From the NCBI RefSeq assembly GCF_009914755.1, contig NC_060947.1: a stretch of DNA of 64,000 bases. One strand, given 5' to 3'. Source of the DNA: the human T2T-CHM13v2.0 reference genome, Homo sapiens. The position numbers and the translations under genes are program-made. Positions 55,112-64,000 of this stretch are shown piece by piece. Position 1 is the stretch's first letter; each line of letters starts with the position of its first letter. Below the pieces are notes generated by a model. That model did no database searches. It was given only the letters and a program-made list of their open reading frames with translations, and was not told where the DNA came from.

Positions 55112-55748
55112 GCAATTGTTTTTAATGTAGCTTGGAAGAAGACAAGGAAACAAAATCAAACACAATTTTCTGCTTGATCTGGACCTATTTAAAATCTACA
55201 CTTCCAAGGTCAGAAGATTAAGAAATTGTCTAGATGAGGAAAGATAAAATTATCTTATGAAGGAAGAGAAAGAAGTTGTTTTTCTATGTATTAACTGAAA
55301 GCATGAAAAAAAAATGCATCCAGGAGGGCTATACTATAAGGGTCTCCTGCCCAGGCGTCTGTTCTACTCAGGTGTATCCCCTCGCTACTCAACGGTGACC
55401 CTTGGATCAGTGGCACTGGCATCCCCTGAGACTTGTTAGAAATGCAGTATCTCTGGCCCAGACCCCCTGAAACAGACTCCACTCACTGGGCGATGCCTTC
55501 TTGGAAGACCTAAATCTTTTGAAAATTTTCCAGTTATGTAGAACCCCAGTTCATCAGTGTTACAAAGTGAAGCAAAGCAAACCTAGTCAAACCAAACCAA
55601 CCCAAACCTAACCTAACTCGACCTATTCCAACCAAGGAAACAAATCTCTTTCTCTTTAAGAAAAAAAACCAGAAACAACAACAACAACAACAAACAAACA
55701 AAAAAAACCCCCGCTCTTGTAAAATAACTTACAGGTACCTACGGCTTT

Positions 55749-55767
55749 CAGCCAGCAGATGGCGCTG
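55749..55767 (+). promoter_or_regulatory. CTCF-binding motif
   Basis: CAGCCAGCAGATGGCGCTG matches the CTCF core CCA(C/G)(C/T)AG(A/G)(G/T)GGC(A/G)C; CpGs are retained locally. Confidence 0.75.
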
Positions 55768-56047
55768 TGGGATAACTATTAATATAAAAACTTATTTCAA
55801 GTAGCGTGGAAGGAAACAGACCTGATGGAACACAATCGGCTGCTTGATCCAGACCTGTTTATAAAATCTGTATCTCCAAGGTCAGAAGATTAGGAATTCT
55901 TCTGGATGAGGAAATATAAGATAAACTTAGAGGAAATGGTGGAAAAGAAGACAAGGACTCTTCCCCTAGAAGAGAAGGATAAGTTGCATTTAAATACATA
56001 AGCACTAGAAAGTCTCCCTAAAATGGTCTCTTAAAATCCAGCCCTTC

Positions 56048-56307
<260 letters not shown>

Positions 56308-56883
56308 TTACTGCTTTAAACATAAATGCTCCAGGAGGGCAACACATTTCACCATCATTAAGACCTTTCTGGGCATTAATTTGTCACCTTGCTTTGTAAT
56401 ACCCTAACAGTAAAGAAACTTCCCCAAACCAGAAAGACTTGCTAGGGAAACAGGGAGAGGATCAGGTCTGATGCTCAAGGGTAGAAGCCTGGGAAGGACC
56501 CCAGAGTCAGGCCTCTGGGAACTGAGGCCAGGGGGAGGGAATTTTGGAAGGGAAGGGACCTCCGCTCTAAAGGCAAATCCCCATTGGCCCACTCAGAGGC
56601 ATTTGCCAATCAGTGGTAAGGTGGAGGGGAGGCTGGGTCCAGAGGTGCTGAATTTCAGATGGAAGCACATTCCTCAGCCTCCTCCATGGACATGTCTCAT
56701 GTGACAGAGTCTTGCTCATAGCACCAGAGAGCTCTAGCCTCTATATTGTCATCATGTGACCACGGCCCCACCCCCTGTCAAGCCCTGTTAAAGACCCAAT
56801 ACGGGGTTACAGATGACCGAAAACTAGATCAAGGGGTATCTTAAGAACAGGAAAACAAATTATCATATAATATTTACAGGACC

Positions 56884-57207
<324 letters not shown>

Positions 57208-57544
57208 ACAGAACTCAAACCATGTTGGAGACATTATTTTAGAAATTCCAGGTGGGAGGATTACTTGAGCCCAGGAGGTCAAGGCTGCATTGAGCTAAGA
57301 TCATGCCACTGCACTCCAGCATGGGCAATGAGACCCTGTCTGAAAAAAAGAAAAAAAAAGAGAGAGAAATTCCATTTCTAGGAGTCTCCCCAGGTAGAGT
57401 TGTCAGATTTAGCAAAAAACAAGCAATAAAAAAAAGGACAGCCAATTAAATTTGATATTCAGATAAATAATGAATGGTTTTTAATTTTTAAATTTTTAAT
57501 TTGTGGGTACATAGTATGTTTATATATTTATGGGGTACATTTAC

Positions 57545-57899
57545 TGTGATAGTCCGTTTTCATGCTACTGATAAAGACATACCCAAGACTGGGCCATTTA
57601 CAAAAGAAAGAGGTTTAATTGGCCTTACAGTTCCACATAGCTGGGGAGGCCTCACAGTCATGGCGGAAGGCAGGGAGGAACAAGTCACGTCTTACCTGGA
57701 TGGCAGCAAGCAAAGAGAGAGCTTGTGCAGGGAAATTCCCCTTCCTAAAACCATCAGATCTTGTGAGGCTTATTCACTATCACGAGAACAGTACGGGAAA
57801 GACCTGCCCCCATGATTCAATTATCTCCCACAAGGTTCCTCCCACAGCACATGGGAATTCAAGATGAGATTTGGGTGGGGACGCAGCCAAATCGTATCA
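57545..57899 (-). mobile_element. THE1-type solo LTR
   Basis: AGTCCGTTTTCATGCTACTGATAAAGACATACCCAAGACTGGG...GATGAGATTTGGGTGGGGACGCAGCCAAATCGTATCA. Confidence 0.92.
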
Positions 57900-58534
57900 A
57901 TGAGATATTTTTATACAGGCATACAATGTGTAATAATCCCATCACGGTGAATGGGGTATCCATCACCTCAAGCATTTATCCTTTGTGTTATAAGCAATCC
58001 AATTATATGTTTTTAGTTATTTTTACATGTATGATAAATTATTGCTGACTGTACTGACTGTAGTCATCCTGTTGTGCTATTTGTGCAAATTTTTTTTTTT
58101 GAGACGGAGTCTCCCTCTGTCGCCCAGGCTGGAGTGCACTGGCACGATCTCAACTCACGGCAACCTCTGCCTCTCGGGTTCAAGCAATTATCTGCCACAG
58201 CCTCCCAAGTAGCTGGGATTACAAGTGCCCACCACCACGCCCGGCTAATTTTTGTATTTTTAGTAGAGACAGGGTTTCACCATCTTGGCCAGGCTGGTCT
58301 TGAACTCCTGACCTCCTGATCCACCTGCCTCGGCCTCCCAAAGTGCTGGGATTACAGGTGGAAGCCACTCTGCCTGGCTCCTGTTGTGCTATTAAATACT
58401 AGATCTTATTCATTTTATCTAACTATATTTTTGTGCCCATTCTATCCCACATCCATCCCACCCCCCTCCCACCCCCCACAAGCCTTCCCAACTTCTGGTA
58501 GCCATCATTCTACTCTCACAGTTTTTTAGCATAA

Positions 58535-58955
<421 letters not shown>

Positions 58956-59269
58956 CAGCACCCTGTATTTTATTTGACAGCCCTGCAAGGGAAAATTGTC
59001 ACACCTGGGTCCAGGGGACGTGCACACGCACATAAAGATTCTCACTGCGGCTGTGTTGTGTCATAGAGAAAAGGCAGAAACAACTTAATTAGGCCTCTTG
59101 TGCGGAGAGATACAGAGGCCCACCCAAACCGCAGCCTACAAGGTGGTAGGGGGTCAAAGGAACGATCTCATCTCACTTCCCATCTGCTGGGCCTCCCAGT
59201 GGCCCAGCCATCTGAAAACCAAAGGGCGAAGGAGCCTGAGGTTTGCAGTCTTAGCCGCCTGTGGTGTGC

Positions 59270-59388
59270 TGGGGCTGGCTCTTAGCCATGGTGGAAGTAT
59301 TTATGCCAAAGAAATCAGCCAACACTACAAACCAGGATCGTTATTTTTTTCCCCACCTACTTGTTAACCATTTGCCGGCACCCCGCTG
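59270..59388. mobile_element. MER63-like hAT fragment
   Basis: GGAAGTATTTATGCCAAAGAAATCAGCCAACACTACAAACCAGG...TTGTTAACCATTTGCCGGCACCCCGCTG. Confidence 0.55.
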
Positions 59389-60189
59389 TCGGTTTCCCAG
59401 GCACAGAGCAGGGGGAAGAAGGATTGAGACAGTGTCTGGAAGGAAGAATAGAGACTGCCTAGCATTCATGGTTGCACCGCATTTCGTTGTATGAACAAGC
59501 CTCCAATTATGTATTCATTGTCCGAATGAGGCAGCACTCTCCCATAACTTCGCTTCTTGCTGGATTTCAGTAGCTGGTTCCCTCTTCTTGGTCCTTCAGG
59601 CTTAGGGATGAGAACTGTGTATCAATTTGGGGCCAATCAGGAAAGAGAAGCCACACAATCACTTGACCAGAGAAAGTTTAATATGAACAATGATTCATTG
59701 TAGCAGAGAGGGATTGGCTAGTAAGAAACTCTGGAGAACCTAGGATTAGCCGACAGGAGGAGCAGCTCCTGCTACCGGATGGTTGTGATGGAGCACGCAA
59801 GAAAGAGCCCTTCCCTGCTCCAAAGCTGAGATCCAGACCACACTGGGAGCATGCAGCCCTGGCTCACTAAAAGGCAGAGAAGGCACTGAGCTGCTGCGCA
59901 GGTGGGACTGCATATCTGTGCTCTGGAACTTTCTGGGAATCTTCCCTCTAGGGTGCCAGGCAAAGCGACTCACTAGAGGCTGCCAAACCACCTAAGGGGG
60001 TGGCAGGGGAACCTGCCGGCCGCAGGGCGATGCCGGCTGCTGTATACAGCAAGAGCCAAGCACTGGAGTTGTGAGTGCTACAGGAGCTGGCCCAGCAAGC
60101 ATGCTGCCCAAACCCTTTCCTCCCGCAGCATCACTCCCTCACCCTCTACTGACGCTTTATATCATGCCAGCTGGCAAAGGCAAGATAGT

Positions 60190-60540
60190 TTTTTTTGTTA
60201 GTTGTTTTTTTTTTGCCAGATAGTTTTTTTGTTTGTGTTTTGTTTTGTTTTTTTTTTTTGAGACAGAGTCTTGCTCTGTCGCCCAGGCCAGAGAGCAGTG
60301 GCAAGACCTCGGCTCACTGCAACCTCCGCCTCCCAGGTTCAAGCATTTCTCATGCCTCAGCCCCCTGAGTAGCTGGGACTACAAGCGTGCGCCACCACGC
60401 CCAGCTAATTTTTGTATTTTTAGTAGAGATGGGGTTTCACCATGTTGCCCAGGCCAGGCTTCAACCCCTGACCTCAAGTGATCTCCCCGCCTCGGCCTCC
60501 CAAAGTGCTGTGATTACAAGCGTGAGCCACCGCGGCCGGC
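60190..60540 (-). mobile_element. AluS within an old LTR-like segment (~59617-60770)
   Basis: Reverse-complement Alu; TSD CAAAGGCAAGATA. Confidence 0.88.
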
Positions 60541-60608
60541 CCAAAGGCAAGATACTTAAAGGGCTGAGATCCATTTTCTTTTTTTTTTTTTCTTTTTATT
60601 ATTTTTTT

Positions 60609-60708
60609 AAGGCTAATCAAGGGAAACAGTGGGAGTGAAGAAGGAACAAAGAAATCTACAGCTGGTTGTGATCAATTAATTGTAAACACCACTGTCTTCA
60701 GGCCAGCC
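60609..60708 (-). pseudogene. RNY3P: Y3 RNA (RNY3) retropseudogene
   Basis: Minus strand GGCTGGCCTGAAGACAGTGGTGTTTACAATTAATTGATCACAACCAGCTGTAGATTTCTTTGTTCCTTCTTCACTCCCACTGTTTCCCTTGATTAGCCTT resembles full-length hY3; A-rich tail at 60579-60608; TSD AGATCCATTTTC at 60567-60578 and 60710-60721. Confidence 0.93.
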
Positions 60709-61010
60709 CAGATCCATTTTCACAGAGCTGACAAGAAAGGATGAATTTGGAGCAAAGAGAATCAGCACAAAACCTTCCTGATGCTGCTAGTCCCTGGGCG
60801 AGTCACCATCATTCCTTATCGGTTCCCTTAAGCCTGCCCATATCTCTCACAGGAGCCCCTGAAATGAACTCTCCTTAGTTAAATCTGCTGGGTATATGCC
60901 ATCTCATTCTTAATGTGACCCGAACTGATGCAACTGGTACAATGGATGACAGGCACAATGAATAAAGCCATCAATACGAAAAAAATCTCAAAACAAAACC
61001 TTTGGTTTGT

Positions 61011-62390
<1,380 letters not shown>

Positions 62391-62891
62391 TATGATATCT
62401 GCATAAAATTTTAAAGCATACAGTTCTAGATATTATTTATGGAAATATACATATATAGTTAAAAGTACAAACATTCTTGGGAATGAGGACAGTGGTGGCC
62501 TCTGGAGAGAAAAGGGAGGAGCAAGTATATACATGGGTTGAGGGGAGGGAGGTAGGCTTTTATCCTCTGTTATGTTTTTATTTTCTTTCTTAAGATTTCC
62601 GAAGCAAATTTGGTTACATATTAGCATCTGTTAAACCTGGGAGTTGGTGGCATAGTTGTCCATTACATTGGTGTCTTTATTCTTCTATACGTTTGAGATA
62701 TTTAAAAAGTTAACAATGCCAACTATTGTGCAGGTAGTTAAATATAACTTTTGATATATCAATGCTTGCTTGGCACTGAACATACAAAAATGTAGAGAAA
62801 ATCGACAATTCGACATGCCAGTGCAAGAAATCTAGTGATGGCAGTAGAGGAATGAATCTCAAATGAGTGGTATTAAAAATATACTTCTATA

Positions 62892-63262
<371 letters not shown>

Positions 63263-63839
63263 TTAACACTCCACAGAGTGAAATTGAATTTTGGGAAGCA
63301 CAGTGGAGCCAGAGTGCGGGGCCTCTGAATGGTCAGCAAAATGCATGAGCATGTCTGCAATTAGGGCTCAGGATGGAGAACAGGTGGGAGCGGGCTGCTG
63401 TTAAGCCCAAAGCTTCTCCCCACCTGGGCCGTTCTGCTCGTGCCTCTGTCCACCAGGCAAAGAGCAGCCTCGAAGAGGACTTCAGAGTCCCGTGAGGAGC
63501 CTGGATCTTTCTTTGTAGAGCGTGGGCAGTCACAAAGCTTTTCTTAGCTAGGCAGTGACACGATCCAAGCTGTGATTTAGGCAGATTAGCTTGGCAACTC
63601 CGTATAGGATGGACTGAAGGGAAGAGAGAGCCAGAGACAGAAGAAAGTGTTCCCGGGCCAAGGCCATTGTCGGAAGATGGGTGGAGGTAATGGCCTGAAC
63701 TAGGACCATGGCCTCGCGAATGAAAATAAGGGAAGCAATGAAAACAAACTGGGAAATTGTTGATAGGACTTGGCTACTGTTGCATCCAGAAGACTACGGA
63801 GAAATTAAAGAGGGCTCCAGGGCTCGGGAGAATTGTGGT

Positions 63840-64000
63840 GTTGTAACTGAGCTCAGGTCTGAGCCACTCGTCACCTGAAAGCCAAAAACTTAAGAGATGA
63901 GCTTTGTTGAAAGGAAAGTTAGTTTTATCTGAGAAGCCAGCAACCTGAGGCAGGCATTAAATTAGCGTTGAAAGACCAGCTTTCCTACTTGTGCCTCTGG
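63840..64000. mobile_element. Probable ERV1-class LTR end, cut by window edge
   Basis: TG start, then AAAGCCAA...GAAAGGAAAGTTAGTTTTAT...GCCAGCAAC, similar to antisense MER4-group LTR ends; family uncertain. Confidence 0.4.

Noticed and set aside
55580-55710. (CAAAC/CTAAC)n and (CAA)n tracts
   Set aside because: Ordinary low-complexity simple repeats.

Overview
Primate (almost certainly human) genomic DNA, very Alu-rich, with no intact protein-coding exon that I can support. A CpG island at about 18.3-20.1 kb holds the promoter and first exon of a minus-strand gene (5' splice site GAG|GTACGT at 19206/19205, YY1-type AAACATGGCGGC, and a 5-codon uORF MAAAV*). Bases 1-19205 are therefore its first intron and 19.4-64 kb is upstream intergenic DNA. 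I cannot identify the host gene from the sequence. Other recognisable elements: a thymosin beta-10 retrocopy (5.7-6.2 kb), a Y3 RNA retrocopy (60.6-60.7 kb), an ERV1 env remnant with a MER51-type LTR (39.4-41.7 kb), MaLR LTRs, L1/L2/MIR fragments and hAT/MITE fossils. Nearly all listed ORFs are Alu-derived artefacts. I found no convincing new biological system. The three best oddities are a ~280-bp inverted duplication inside the env remnant, an apparently semi-processed TMSB10 copy with an open, C-terminally extended ORF, and an old tandem duplication carrying two CTCF-like motifs. Repeat subfamily names come from recalled consensus sequences, and boundaries are approximate unless target-site duplications (TSDs) are quoted.
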